Positions 30,138 through 39,481 are shown, numbered from the whole stretch's first letter. The stretch: 61,911 nucleotides of DNA, filler included, from Nitrospirae bacterium MYbin3 (GCA_002753335.1; 5 parts of 5 records of this genome joined end to end with filler, not necessarily neighbours in it); one strand, 5' to 3'. Notes: generated from the sequence alone by a model not told the origin. Numbers and translations: made by a program.

Positions 30138-30500
30138 TTGTCCAAGCGATGCGAATATTGCGGCCGGTATTTTACGCCTGACAGGCGAGTGGGTAATCGG
30201 CAGCGATGCTGCGGCAGTGTTGAATGCAAGGGAAAGCGGAAACAGAGTTCCCAGAAGTCGTGGGTACAGAAGAATCCAGGATATTTTTATGGCCGGTACG
30301 ACTATGTAAAGGAATGGCGCACAAAAAGGCGGCAGGCAGACGATATTGAGATAGCTAAAAACGTGATACAAGACAAGATACCCCATGCAAACCCAATACA
30401 GCAGCTGACTCTGCTGATACCGGAGCGGCTGACAGGGGTGATACAAGACGAGATAAGGCTCAGAAGGGTTGGCAACAGTACATTTGCGGCTTATGGATAA
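30138..30500 (+). CDS. Small Cys-rich (zinc-finger-like) protein inside IS21
   Basis: GGAGG RBS with TTG start; CEYC...QRCCGSVEC. Confidence 0.7.
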   Translation: MSKRCEYCGRYFTPDRRVGNRQRCCGSVECKGKRKQSSQKSWVQKNPGYFYGRYDYVKEWRTKRRQADDIEIAKNVIQDKIPHANPIQQLTLLIPERLTGVIQDEIRLRRVGNSTFAAYG

Positions 30501-30580
30501 TGATACAAGACAAGATGGAAAAGCTCCGGGATAGGGTATAGACTTCAAGGCGACAGAGGAAATTCAACCAAGGAGGCAGT

Positions 30581-31999
30581 TTGCAGATGGAAGAGACCTT
30601 ACAAAGCCAAGCTCGGCAGCTATACGAAGTGGAGAAACTGAGCCTAACGCAGACATCGGAAGTCTTGGGGGTATCGAGAAAGAAAGTCACGAGACTGATC
30701 CGGCAGGACGACCTAAAGCGTAACACAGGGGACGGGATAATCAAGCCATATGAGCGGCTCATATGTGAATGGTATAAAGAGCGGCCATTTTTGCAGGCGA
30801 TACAAGTACTGCAAAGGCTGAGGGAATACGGATACAAAGGCGGCTATACAGCGGTAAAGAGATACACCCGGCAATTCAGGGGCAGGACAAAGAAAGAAGC
30901 CTATCATGAGCTTGAGTTTTTACCCGGAGAAGAAGCGCAGGTGGACTGGATGCAGTGGCGCCTGCCGTTTGGGATAGTCTACGGGTTTGTGTACATACTG
31001 TCTTACAGCCGGTATGTGTATATAAAGTTCTATCCCCGGAGCAGCATGGAGTTCTTTTTAGACGGACATGTAGGGGCATTTACGGAGATACAGGGAGTGG
31101 CGCAGCGGCACCGGTACGATAATCTGAAATCAGTGGTGGTAAAGAGGAAGCCGGAGATACAGTACAACGCGAGGTTTCTGGACATCAGCCGGCATTATGG
31201 TTTCAGCATATTGGCCTGTACACCGGGGAGGCCCAACGAAAAAGGCAGAGTAGAAAGAGTGATCAGGGACATAGAGAACTTTATACGGTCAATGGACTTT
31301 GCAGACATAGCGGCCGTAAACAGAAAAGCGACAGATTGGAGGACCTCAAGAAACCAGAGGATACATCGAAGCACGGGTAAGCCTCCGGCGGAAATGCTCA
31401 AAGAGGAAAGGCTCAGGGCCCTGCCTCAGATAGCATACAAAGCATATAGACATGAGCCGGGAGCAATAGGGAAGACCGGATTCGTGACGGTAGAGACGAA
31501 CAGATATTCGGTGCCTTCATCATACTGCGGGGAGAGCTGTGATCTTTTGCTTTATCCTGAGCGGATAGAAATCGTAGTGAACAAAGAGAAGATAGCGGTA
31601 CACCAAAGGAGCTTCAGCAAAAAAGAAAAGATCGAGCATCCTCTACACAGAAAGAAGCTTCTCAATAGGACACCGCATTATAAACAGCAGCGCATATACC
31701 AGCTGATGAAAAACATGGACAAAAGCATAGAGCAGTTCATAAAGAGAGGCGAAACAGAGGGGCGCGACGGCCTCTGCATGGCATACGAACTGTTCAACCT
31801 GTTAAGAGGAAGCGCAAAGGAGACTCTGATATCTGCGGTAAAGGAGGCAAACAGCATGAACATATCCAAAACAAGCTACATACAGGGGCTGATGAGGCCC
31901 TCGGAGCATAAGGCCAATCCTGTACAGCCTCAGGATGCGGGCTTGTTGAACATAACATACGAATGGAGGAACCTGAACGACTATGATACCCTTATCTGA
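30581..31999 (+). CDS. istA: IS21 transposase IstA
   Basis: GYKGGYTAVKRY, PGEEAQVDW, LSYSR, YDNLKSVV, EKGRVER and NRYSVP motifs. Confidence 0.95.
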   Translation: MQMEETLQSQARQLYEVEKLSLTQTSEVLGVSRKKVTRLIRQDDLKRNTGDGIIKPYERLICEWYKERPFLQAIQVLQRLREYGYKGGYTAVKRYTRQFRGRTKKEAYHELEFLPGEEAQVDWMQWRLPFGIVYGFVYILSYSRYVYIKFYPRSSMEFFLDGHVGAFTEIQGVAQRHRYDNLKSVVVKRKPEIQYNARFLDISRHYGFSILACTPGRPNEKGRVERVIRDIENFIRSMDFADIAAVNRKATDWRTSRNQRIHRSTGKPPAEMLKEERLRALPQIAYKAYRHEPGAIGKTGFVTVETNRYSVPSSYCGESCDLLLYPERIEIVVNKEKIAVHQRSFSKKEKIEHPLHRKKLLNRTPHYKQQRIYQLMKNMDKSIEQFIKRGETEGRDGLCMAYELFNLLRGSAKETLISAVKEANSMNISKTSYIQGLMRPSEHKANPVQPQDAGLLNITYEWRNLNDYDTLI

Positions 32000-32660
32000 A
32001 CTGTGCAAACACTTCAGGCTGCTGACGGCGCCGGAAGGACTCAGCAAACAGGAGAGTGAGTTTCTGCACCGCTTTCTAAACGAAGAATATCAAAAGAGAG
32101 AGCAGCGTAAGATACAGCATCTTATGCGGATGTCCGGAATAAAAAGGATAAAGCTGCTCATCGACTTTGACTGGAAATTCAATCCCAAAGTTCCCAGAGA
32201 CAAAATCATGGAATACATGAACACCGACTGGATAAAGAGGCCGGGCAACTTAATACTGATTGGGCCGGCAGGAGTGGGCAAGACCCACATAGCCACGGCC
32301 TTTTGCCATGACGCCCTGAGCAAGGGGCATCAGACCATGTTTCTGAGCCTCTTTGACCTGACCGCCAAGATGTCAAAAGCGAAAAATCTCTACAACCTCA
32401 TCGAATACTACGGAAAGATACCGGTGCTCTGTCTTGACGAACTCGGCTATGTGATTCCGTCAAAAGAACAGGCAGACTGTATCTTTCAGATAATCTCCAG
32501 GCGGGCCGAAGTCGGAACAACAATAGTCACGACGAATCTTATCCCCTCGCAATGGGGCAAGGTCTTTGATACCGTCACAGCATCGGCAATACTGGACAGG
32601 CTCAGCATGAACGGGAAATTCATAACATTGGAGGGGAAATCTTATAGAAGCAAACAATAG
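31983..32660 (+). CDS. istB: IS21 helper ATPase IstB
   Basis: GPAGVGKTH, LDELGY, TTNL and SAILDRL...GKSYR motifs. Confidence 0.95.
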   Translation: MIPLSELCKHFRLLTAPEGLSKQESEFLHRFLNEEYQKREQRKIQHLMRMSGIKRIKLLIDFDWKFNPKVPRDKIMEYMNTDWIKRPGNLILIGPAGVGKTHIATAFCHDALSKGHQTMFLSLFDLTAKMSKAKNLYNLIEYYGKIPVLCLDELGYVIPSKEQADCIFQIISRRAEVGTTIVTTNLIPSQWGKVFDTVTASAILDRLSMNGKFITLEGKSYRSKQ

Positions 32661-32830
32661 CTTTCAAGAAAAATACAATGAAACAGAAAAATAAAACAGC
32701 GCAACCGCTGGGCCTACAGACTCGTGCTTACACCGACAGTCATCTGCAGAGCTATGCCCTGCATGGCACCGACAGCGCCGTATTCGGTTCCTCAAGCTCC
32801 AGATTCGGTGCTTCTCCAGAACCGCCTACA

Positions 32831-32970
32831 AGTGGCAAGCCGGAGACGGTTAATTTATCTTGTGAGCTTATTTCAGCTCCTGCAAATATATATACAATAA
32901 CTATCAAATTCATCGTTAAAGCAAAGCGGCGAAGCTTAGCAGTTTTGTTTTCTTTTTCTTCTTCTATCAT
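32831..32970 (-). pseudogene. Small membrane-protein gene truncated by the IS21 end
   Basis: The ORF from ATG 32970 runs into the IS21 right IR at 32830. Confidence 0.5.
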
Positions 32971-33168
32971 TTTAAGTTAGATTTATTGGATTTATAATTG
33001 CATATTTTATTATTGTTCTTTGCACTTAAAAGCAATACGGAATAAGTATCAATTCTGTTTTGACAGCCAAAGGATTTAGAGAATTAGAGTAGCTTTAGAA
33101 TCCCACAAACTAAGCTTAAGAGCAACTTTCTTAACTAACTTATCAATGTTATCAAGCCTTTCGTTTTT

Positions 33169-33663
33169 TTAACTAAGCTCTTTATTTAAATTGAATAGTC
33201 CCTTAGATGAACGCATAGCAGCAAATCCCGAGTTCACAGAGCTTAGTAGTATCGATGTATTAGCTGAAAAAGCTAATATGGTATCTGCTGTATCTATAAA
33301 GATGTATGTTTCTCTTAGTTCTTGAATGTATGCTCCAATCCACGCTAGAAGTAAAGCATAAATAAAGCTAAGAGTGGCTGATAAAAAATGTTCTCCCGCA
33401 GTAATAATATTTTTTTTATCGTCATCGTTAGAACCACGAGCGTATGTAAAGCAAACAGAAGCAAGCGATAAGCAGAGGCCAATTGAGGAGAAGAAAATAA
33501 CCAGTGTTGGTGTGCTTATATTTTTATCTTTGATAATATTGATTGTTTTAGCAGCTAGAATTGCTAAAGCGGAGTAAATACAAATTTGAGGGAAATATGT
33601 CATAAACAGAGAGTTTGTTTTTAAAAGGAATTGTAATAATTTTTTTATAGTGGAGGGTATCAT
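33169..33663 (-). CDS. Hypothetical membrane protein
   Basis: About four hydrophobic segments; abuts the NERD gene stop. Confidence 0.65.
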   Translation of the reverse strand: MIPSTIKKLLQFLLKTNSLFMTYFPQICIYSALAILAAKTINIIKDKNISTPTLVIFFSSIGLCLSLASVCFTYARGSNDDDKKNIITAGEHFLSATLSFIYALLLAWIGAYIQELRETYIFIDTADTILAFSANTSILLSSVNSGFAAMRSSKGLFNLNKELS

Positions 33664-34359
33664 TTATTGTTTCGACAGCCAAAGAATTTTTCTAACCAAG
33701 TCTTTTTTATGAACAACATGAACTTGTTTTATTTTTGTTTTTATATCTATTTCGACTTCTGCATTTGTGAATACGATTATGGGTATCACGAATTTTTTTA
33801 TGCCCGTTTTTTCTTTTAGCTGGTTGCTTAGCCATACAGCATTGCTTGTTGCTTGAGATATGAAATTTTTTTTGTTAGGATATTTATTTATATAAAGCGT
33901 TGTTCCGTCGCTGGTAACGGTTCCTTTGTGTGATTTTGTTTCGATTGCAAATATTTTCTCTCCTTTTTTGTATTCTACAACGTGATCAATGTTGCCATGT
34001 TGATATTCTATATCGTGAAGAATGGTGTAATCACATGAAAGTTGTTTTAGAAAATTCCCGATTTCTTCTTCGGCTTCAGCGCCTTGTTTATAATTTTGTT
34101 CAGTTTTTATTAATTTGTCGATATTCTTTCCGGTACTTTTTATAAAGAGCATTATTGCACCATAAATTGTTAATGCTCCCAGCAAGTAAAACAGGTTTAT
34201 TTTGCCGGTAATAAAAATGGTTATTATATATGTGCAGATAATTAATATTACAGGTATGATCGTTAAGATAATCGGTATAGCTTTTTTTCTTCGTTCTTGA
34301 AATAGTTTTTCTTGGATTTCTCGAACGGATTTTCCGGCTTTCCCGATCTCAACTGCCAC
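33664..34359 (-). CDS. Membrane-anchored NERD (nuclease-related domain) protein
   Basis: Two TM segments, then GAEAEE, LHD, NIDHVV, FAIETKSHKG and QA..NA motifs. Confidence 0.85.
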   Translation of the reverse strand: MAVEIGKAGKSVREIQEKLFQERRKKAIPIILTIIPVILIICTYIITIFITGKINLFYLLGALTIYGAIMLFIKSTGKNIDKLIKTEQNYKQGAEAEEEIGNFLKQLSCDYTILHDIEYQHGNIDHVVEYKKGEKIFAIETKSHKGTVTSDGTTLYINKYPNKKNFISQATSNAVWLSNQLKEKTGIKKFVIPIIVFTNAEVEIDIKTKIKQVHVVHKKDLVRKILWLSKQ

Positions 34360-34735
34360 TAGATTTTTCCTTTTTTACTTTTTCACTTTTTTCGTTTTTT
34401 GCGCTAACCATTCGGAATTCAGCATAAGATAAGCTTTCATTTATAATGTGCTGCAAGCCTTTTTCCTTTGCTTCTCTCGTAATTAAAATGCACCGTCGTT
34501 CTTCGGCTGATGATACTATCGGTGTATCATTTTCAATATAAAACTCGTAAGGTTTTATGTTAAGAGCCTCGCATATTCTTAGCATAATGTCTTTTCCCAT
34601 TCCTTCCCTGCCTGTTTCGTATGCGCTTAATCTTGTCCAAGGTGTTTTTATTAATTCAGCAAGTTGTTTTTGAGACAAACCTTTAGCTTTTCTTATGCGC
34701 TTGAGATTCGTGCCTATTAGCTTATCAATATCCAT
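34349..34735 (-). CDS. XRE-family HTH repressor (probable prophage repressor)
   Basis: IGTNLKRIRKAKGLSQKQLAELI...LSAYETG; divergent from the phage early genes. Confidence 0.88.
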   Translation of the reverse strand: MDIDKLIGTNLKRIRKAKGLSQKQLAELIKTPWTRLSAYETGREGMGKDIMLRICEALNIKPYEFYIENDTPIVSSAEERRCILITREAKEKGLQHIINESLSYAEFRMVSAKNEKSEKVKKEKSSGS

Positions 34736-34781
34736 ACTTAATTATTAAACAAATCGCTTGTTTTTGATAGTTGACTATTAT

Positions 34782-34820
34782 TGATTATTATATAATCATA
34801 AATAATCTAAATTAGATTAT
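34782..34820. promoter_or_regulatory. Candidate repressor operators in the divergent switch region
   Basis: TGATTAT-TAT-ATAATCA (34782-34798) and ATAATCTAA-A-TTAGATTAT (34802-34820). Confidence 0.5.
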
Positions 34821-34890
34821 AAGAACTTTAAATATCCATTTCAGATGCCTTTTATTGACAAACTAATCCGATTCTGATAACTTAATTTTC

Positions 34891-35055
34891 ATGAACCTCT
34901 CAGACAGACTTGCTCGCATAGAGAAGGCCCTCGATCTAAAAGCAGTCCCAGAGACGGCTATCGAGAGGATCGCTCGAATAGAGGTTCATATAGGGCTGTC
35001 TGAGTTGGTTCATCGATTTTCTATGCGTTCTATATTTTCCGAGGTTCTCTCATGA
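34891..35055 (+). CDS. Small phage early protein (54 aa)
   Basis: MNLSDRLARIEKAL...; first of a chain of ATGA-coupled ORFs leading to rep. Confidence 0.5.
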   Translation: MNLSDRLARIEKALDLKAVPETAIERIARIEVHIGLSELVHRFSMRSIFSEVLS

Positions 35056-35240
35056 CCCGCATCGAACGCAAACTCAGCGCCCTTGAATCCGAAACCGCAA
35101 CACTCAGACAAATGCTGTCCGATCTCATGGCTCATATGGGCGTCAGACAAGATGGACGCCGCACAGTTGCCGAACTCGGCATGCTTGCCCGTGACAAAGC
35201 CCGAAGGATTACCGAAAAACAACAGGAGAAAGTATTATGA
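35052..35240 (+). CDS. Small phage early protein (62 aa)
   Basis: GAGG RBS; ATGA overlaps at both ends. Confidence 0.6.
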   Translation: MTRIERKLSALESETATLRQMLSDLMAHMGVRQDGRRTVAELGMLARDKARRITEKQQEKVL

Positions 35241-35386
35241 CGGTCAAATGTTACTGCTGCACACGACCCCTCGATCTCTCCGAAGCTAATAAGACCTTTT
35301 TCCTCTGCACTGATGATTATGTTTTCTGCTGTGATGTCTGCTCTCCCTTCCGGATCGGAGCCGACGCAATCGAGGCGGCACTATGA
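35237..35386 (+). CDS. Small Cys-rich (Zn-finger-like) phage protein (49 aa)
   Basis: MTVKCYCC...VFCCDVC; AGGAG RBS; ATGA-coupled. Confidence 0.55.
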   Translation: MTVKCYCCTRPLDLSEANKTFFLCTDDYVFCCDVCSPFRIGADAIEAAL

Positions 35387-35468
35387 ACAAATCACTGCTG
35401 GAAGCTGTAACAAATAGTAACGTGCATAGTACTGAGATATTTGAGTCTAAAAAAGGGTCAATTTTAAA

Positions 35469-35514
35469 CGTCCGGTGCTATGTAACACCGGACGATAGTC
35501 TCATGGGTGAGACT
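35469..35514. other. Putative rolling-circle (double-strand) origin hairpins
   Basis: CGTCCGGTG-CTATGTAA-CACCGGACG and AGTCTCA-TGGG-TGAGACT lie immediately upstream of rep. Confidence 0.6.
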
Positions 35515-35540
35515 CATTTTAAGCAGCTTATAGGGTCTAA

Positions 35541-36662
35541 ATGATTGATACTTTAGGGTTTTTCGTTCTAATTGACCCGCAAATGTACGATTTTCTCGTA
35601 GAAAGGTCAATTTTCACCCAAAGAATAGACAAAGAAACAGGCGATATTGAGTTCGAATATAACAATTTTCACATGACGCAATCTTGGAACTATAAAGTGC
35701 TTTTTAAAATTGATAATCGTATGTACGTCCATGATATCGAGAGCGACACGCCGCAATTGGTTAATAGTCTGCCTTATATTCGTTTTGAATTTTCGGCTCC
35801 TAAAGTTTTATGGGGTCATAATCTTGAATCTTGTTCACTGTCTGACGCATGGTTTGCAGCCCATAAAGTTCGTGAAGCTTTTATGAGTGCATACGGTGTA
35901 ACGCTTGATGAGGTTCTTGATTGGTATTGTTATCGAATAGACACATGCGCGAATTTTATTCTTGAAAGCGAAGATCAAGTAAGGGCTTATATTCGTTATC
36001 TTCAGAAATTTGATTATCCTCGGAAAATGAAAAATCTTTACGAAGACACCGGAATTTATTTTGCATCGAGACACAACACGCTAAAAGTTTATGCCAAAGG
36101 GGAAGAATTCAAAAAGCATGACAAGTGTAGATTTGTAAATGAGGTTGAAGCCCAGAAATTGCACAATGACGCCAAATTAATTTTAAGAATCGAGGTTGAA
36201 CATAAAAGAAGACTGCGTTACATCATGGAGCAGTTACAGAAAGAAAAAGTGCTCGTGAAATCTTTTGGGGGTTATATGACGTTCAATGACACTGTACTTA
36301 ATTTTAAAGCAAAGGAAGAAATGACAAGAATCATGAATAAGTTTTTAGTAGGCAAGGAGACCAAAGCCATGAAAAGTTTAGATGTGTTGCGGATGCTTAA
36401 ACAGTACCACTCGGATAAGGCAGCGCGGTCCTTTTACGCGATCTATATGCTTTTAATAACGCAGGGGCAGAAGGAAGTAAAAAGACAGGTTTCAAAACCG
36501 ACATATTATCGCGCATTAAAGGTGTTTCGTGAATTGGGAATATCTATATTCGCATCTGATGTTCAGAAAATTCAGGAATGCGTAGATCAAGGGTTTCCGC
36601 AAGATTTTTCACTAACCATTGACGATGCAAATAAGTATTACCAGAAATTGAAGGCGGCATAG
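35541..36662 (+). CDS. Phage/plasmid replication initiation protein, gene II/X family
   Basis: MIDTL start, EFSAPKVLWGHNL, YRIDTCANF, LKVYAKGEEF, LRIEVE and a C-terminal TYYRALK..RELGI helix. Confidence 0.85.
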   Translation: MIDTLGFFVLIDPQMYDFLVERSIFTQRIDKETGDIEFEYNNFHMTQSWNYKVLFKIDNRMYVHDIESDTPQLVNSLPYIRFEFSAPKVLWGHNLESCSLSDAWFAAHKVREAFMSAYGVTLDEVLDWYCYRIDTCANFILESEDQVRAYIRYLQKFDYPRKMKNLYEDTGIYFASRHNTLKVYAKGEEFKKHDKCRFVNEVEAQKLHNDAKLILRIEVEHKRRLRYIMEQLQKEKVLVKSFGGYMTFNDTVLNFKAKEEMTRIMNKFLVGKETKAMKSLDVLRMLKQYHSDKAARSFYAIYMLLITQGQKEVKRQVSKPTYYRALKVFRELGISIFASDVQKIQECVDQGFPQDFSLTIDDANKYYQKLKAA

Positions 36663-36839
36663 ATGAACAGAAAAGAATACACATTTACAGGAAGACTATC
36701 TGATTTGAAAAAGCTGGCTTATAAACTGTATCCGAAACTGAAAAAAGAAGCATTAGAAAAAGGCCTAAATAAGCCGCATGGCGGCATGGGAAAAATAAAA
36801 AAAAGGAAGGTAAAAGAAAATGGAATCAAAAAAAGATGA
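36663..36839 (+). CDS. Small basic phage protein (58 aa)
   Basis: Starts directly after the rep stop; MNRKEYTFTGRLSDLKK... Confidence 0.45.
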   Translation: MNRKEYTFTGRLSDLKKLAYKLYPKLKKEALEKGLNKPHGGMGKIKKRKVKENGIKKR

Positions 36840-37152
36840 TTTAAGAAAAGACGATGTTGTGGTAAAAGGCGTTGTTGTTGAGAATCGCGAGCAGAGATCC
36901 GAGAAGACCGGCAAGATTTATTTAAGCTGTGTTGTTTACACAACCGCAAAGTGGGCTAATCAGCTCAAGGTTACCGAGGTTAAAGGCGTACAGTTTCCTT
37001 TAATGCAGTTTGTTGCTTTGGACTGCGAACACTGGCACGGGATAAAAGACGGAAAGTATAGGAACGATATTAATTTTGTAAAAGACCTGACAGCCTCATA
37101 CGTTGGCAACGGCGACAAAAAACCGGAGCCTGTCGCTGCCGGCAAAAAATAA
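36820..37152 (+). CDS. Putative ssDNA-binding protein (gene V-like)
   Basis: Position after rep, 110 aa, beta-rich with a SEKTGKIY hairpin. Confidence 0.6.
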   Translation: MESKKDDLRKDDVVVKGVVVENREQRSEKTGKIYLSCVVYTTAKWANQLKVTEVKGVQFPLMQFVALDCEHWHGIKDGKYRNDINFVKDLTASYVGNGDKKPEPVAAGKK

Positions 37153-37166
37153 AGGGGGTGGTTTCG

Positions 37167-37328
37167 TTGTTTGTAATGCTTGCCTTTCTTCTTACGTGGA
37201 CACCGCTGGTTAGTACTGAAATGTTCGATGGCATAAGGGCTGACGTTCTCGCTGCAGGTTCTGGCGTATTGAGCGTCGTTGTAATAATAGCGGCCATTGC
37301 TGCTATTGCTCGGGTATTTACCCGCTAA
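37167..37328 (+). CDS. Small coat-like single-TM phage protein
   Basis: GGGGG RBS; WTPLVSTEMFDGIRADVLAAGSGVLSVVVIIAAIAAIARVFTR. Confidence 0.6.
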   Translation: MFVMLAFLLTWTPLVSTEMFDGIRADVLAAGSGVLSVVVIIAAIAAIARVFTR

Positions 37329-37359
37329 CCATGTCGAAAAACAAAGGGGGTGAAAAAGA

Positions 37360-37575
37360 ATGAAAACATTATTTCTCGTGTTGGCTCTTCTCGTAGTTTT
37401 GGCATCAAGCGCGTTTGCAGTTGATCCGACCGTAGCAGACCTGTTTACCTCTGCCGGTACGCAGATTACTACTTTGACCGGAATGGTTGTAACGATGCTG
37501 CTTGTAGGACTTACGCTCGTGGGCGTAGGCGTGGGCTACAACTGGATTAAGAGAGGATTCAAATCCGCAAAGTAA
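37360..37575 (+). CDS. Major coat protein (pVIII-like)
   Basis: Signal peptide ending AFA|, acidic N-terminus, one TM and basic tail WIKRGFKSAK. Followed by a hairpin at about 37584-37622. Confidence 0.8.
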   Translation: MKTLFLVLALLVVLASSAFAVDPTVADLFTSAGTQITTLTGMVVTMLLVGLTLVGVGVGYNWIKRGFKSAK

Positions 37576-37643
37576 CTCTATATGTGGGCGGGCAGGAAAC
37601 GAAAAGTGCCTTGCTCGCTCACATAGCAAATTAAAGGGGTTTT

Positions 37644-37820
37644 ATGGAGTCTTTATTTACAAGATGGTCTGAAATTTTAGGTTATATCACAACGGATTTT
37701 TTAACACTAATTCTTGCATCTATCGGTATTTCGATACTGCTTTATGCTTTTGCATTGATTATTCAGGCGTTCATGCCTTTCTTTAAAAGTAAAGAAGACG
37801 AGGAAGAAGATGGAATTTAG
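37644..37820 (+). CDS. Small single-TM phage protein (58 aa)
   Basis: AGGGG RBS, one TM and acidic tail KEDEEED. Confidence 0.6.
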   Translation: MESLFTRWSEILGYITTDFLTLILASIGISILLYAFALIIQAFMPFFKSKEDEEEDGI

Positions 37821-37929
37821 TTTCGGATGGTACAAAGTCGGTCTTGGGCTGGTGATGGCTGGTTTTGCAGCCGGTCAAATAGTTGCGGTTGTTTTCGATG
37901 TTTTAAAAGAATTCAGGTATAGGACATGA
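37810..37929 (+). CDS. Small single-TM phage protein (39 aa), minor-coat-like
   Basis: MEFSFGWYKVGLGLVMAGFAAGQIVAVVF...; overlaps its neighbours. Confidence 0.55.
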   Translation: MEFSFGWYKVGLGLVMAGFAAGQIVAVVFDVLKEFRYRT

Positions 37930-38018
37930 CAGCCCTCGAAGCTTCCGAGATAGTTAGTTTTTTTGCTGGCTGCCTTACATCTTTGGCTTTTGTAATGGCA
38001 TTTACACAAAGGAGATAA
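37926..38018 (+). CDS. pVII/pIX-like minor coat protein (30 aa)
   Basis: MTALEASEIVSFFAGCLTSLAFVMAFTQRR; ATGA-coupled. Confidence 0.55.
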   Translation: MTALEASEIVSFFAGCLTSLAFVMAFTQRR

Positions 38019-38022
38019 ACAT

Positions 38023-38160
38023 ATGTTTTCACTTCCTATAGAGTTTAGCTTTGATTCGTATCTAGGAAGCATAGCCGCGCTAATGTTGCCTTTTATTACG
38101 ATTGCTATAGCGATTATGGCTTTTAGAATAATTCGGGATATATGGTACTCGGCCAAATGA
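38023..38160 (+). CDS. Small single-TM phage protein (45 aa)
   Basis: AAGGAG RBS; MFSLPIEFSFDSYLGSIAALMLPFITIAIAIMAFRIIR. Confidence 0.6.
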   Translation: MFSLPIEFSFDSYLGSIAALMLPFITIAIAIMAFRIIRDIWYSAK

Positions 38161-38261
38161 ATAATCGCACTGCATGGAGATTCCGCAAAGGTGCGCTGCT
38201 GTTGGCATTGTTGACGTTTGTGTTTTTAGTCGGTATCGTTAAAAGGCTGGTGCATAATTGA
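38157..38261 (+). CDS. Small single-TM phage protein (34 aa)
   Basis: ATGA-coupled; MNNRTAWRFRKGALLLALLTFVFLVGIVKRLVHN. Confidence 0.45.
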   Translation: MNNRTAWRFRKGALLLALLTFVFLVGIVKRLVHN

Positions 38262-39481
38262 ACCGGGCTTTCTTTCTATTGATTTTTTTGTTTTTCTGCG
38301 TTAATTCTGAGGCTTCTTACGTTTATAACGTAACTGGTCAAGATATGTATTTCAAAAGTTCCTCTGATTCTTATACATCCTGTCAGATGGCTCAAGACAT
38401 GATACAGTCTGATTGTAATTGTAATAATGAAACTGACTGCTGCGGTGTTCTTGAATATTGGAATTATACGGATTCGTCGTACAAAATATATTCGGATCAA
38501 TCTTGTAATAATGAAATAGCTGCGTTTTCAAATGCTCAGCTTGAATCAGTCAAATATCAGCCATGGAATGAAACTTATATTGCTAATATTAACGGTTCAT
38601 TGGTTTTAAAAAGCTGTACGTCATTTAATTCACAGGGTCAATGTTTTTCCGCAAACGATGTAAAAAACTTTAGTGTTGCTGATTGTGGCAGTAAGTACGA
38701 TATTTCTTTTGGTGCTGATAATCTCTTTTCTGGTGCGCCTTATATGTATTCTAATAGTGTTGGTTCAAGACAGTTTGATCATACTGGTACATATAATTTC
38801 CGTGGTTATAAACCATCATCTGCGCCATTTGCTTATTTTTATCCGTGGTGGGGTGATAATAGTTTTAATAAATGGCCTTCTGAGTATGCAACCTGCACGA
38901 ATCAAAGTAATCCTGATATAACTGTTACTGATTCAGCTAATCCGGTTGTTAATTATAATATTCCGCTTGATCAGAATGAAACTTTGACATGGGTACAAAT
39001 ATATGTTGACGGTGTTTTGTATCATCAAAGCAATAATACATCTGGGGCTATCCCGATAACTGATTGCTTAACAGTCGATAATCATACTGCACAATTAAGG
39101 TTTCAGACAAGTCTGGGCTATGTTCAAATGAATAAGGTTTTTTATCACGCATCTAACGAGGGCAGCACCCTTGCCTGTCCTTATGTTCCGTTTGTAACTT
39201 TGTACGCTATTTTTCTTGGTGCGCCGAATCCGGTGGCACGCTGGAATGCTTCTATTGACGCGGCGCATGGTGATGCGCTGTTGTCATTAGCCGTTTATGT
39301 TGATGATAATTTAATATTTACTGCGTCAAGTGGTAACTATTACGATATACCTATAAATTATTGTTTGATTGTTGGTTATCATACTATCCGCGCGGTATAT
39401 CGTACAAAATATTTTCCTACTCAAACATATGATTATGTGTTCTGGATGAATTCACAAACAGAAGTGGTCTGGAAAAACTGA
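38258..39481 (+). CDS. pIII-like adsorption protein, C-terminally truncated by IS3
   Basis: Signal peptide, Cys-rich N-domain, two repeated beta modules (IYVDGVL / VYVDDNL) and T-rich codon third positions. The stop TGA coincides with the IS end and there is no C-terminal anchor. Confidence 0.7.
   Translation: MNRAFFLLIFLFFCVNSEASYVYNVTGQDMYFKSSSDSYTSCQMAQDMIQSDCNCNNETDCCGVLEYWNYTDSSYKIYSDQSCNNEIAAFSNAQLESVKYQPWNETYIANINGSLVLKSCTSFNSQGQCFSANDVKNFSVADCGSKYDISFGADNLFSGAPYMYSNSVGSRQFDHTGTYNFRGYKPSSAPFAYFYPWWGDNSFNKWPSEYATCTNQSNPDITVTDSANPVVNYNIPLDQNETLTWVQIYVDGVLYHQSNNTSGAIPITDCLTVDNHTAQLRFQTSLGYVQMNKVFYHASNEGSTLACPYVPFVTLYAIFLGAPNPVARWNASIDAAHGDALLSLAVYVDDNLIFTASSGNYYDIPINYCLIVGYHTIRAVYRTKYFPTQTYDYVFWMNSQTEVVWKN

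Larger units (their letters stand above)
29972..32830 (+). mobile_element. IS21-family element with an extra 5' ORF
   Basis: TG...CA ends. Imperfect terminal IRs TGTAAGGGTCGCTTGAAAAGCACCGAATTGGGA vs TGTAGGCGGTTCTGGAGAAGCACCGAATCTGGA (24/33 by hand). Contains istA and istB. No target duplication visible. Confidence 0.85.
34349..39481 (+). mobile_element. Filamentous (inovirus-like) prophage, partial
   Basis: Order is repressor, small early ORFs, gene II/X Rep, SSB-like, a run of 30-71-aa single-TM ORFs including a pVIII-like coat, then a pIII-like gene. The Zot/pI ATPase is not seen because the element is cut by IS3 and the gap. Confidence 0.85.

Noticed and set aside
37584..37622. Riboswitch after the coat gene
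   Set aside because: A single hairpin at the position expected for a post-coat terminator; no aptamer consensus recognised.
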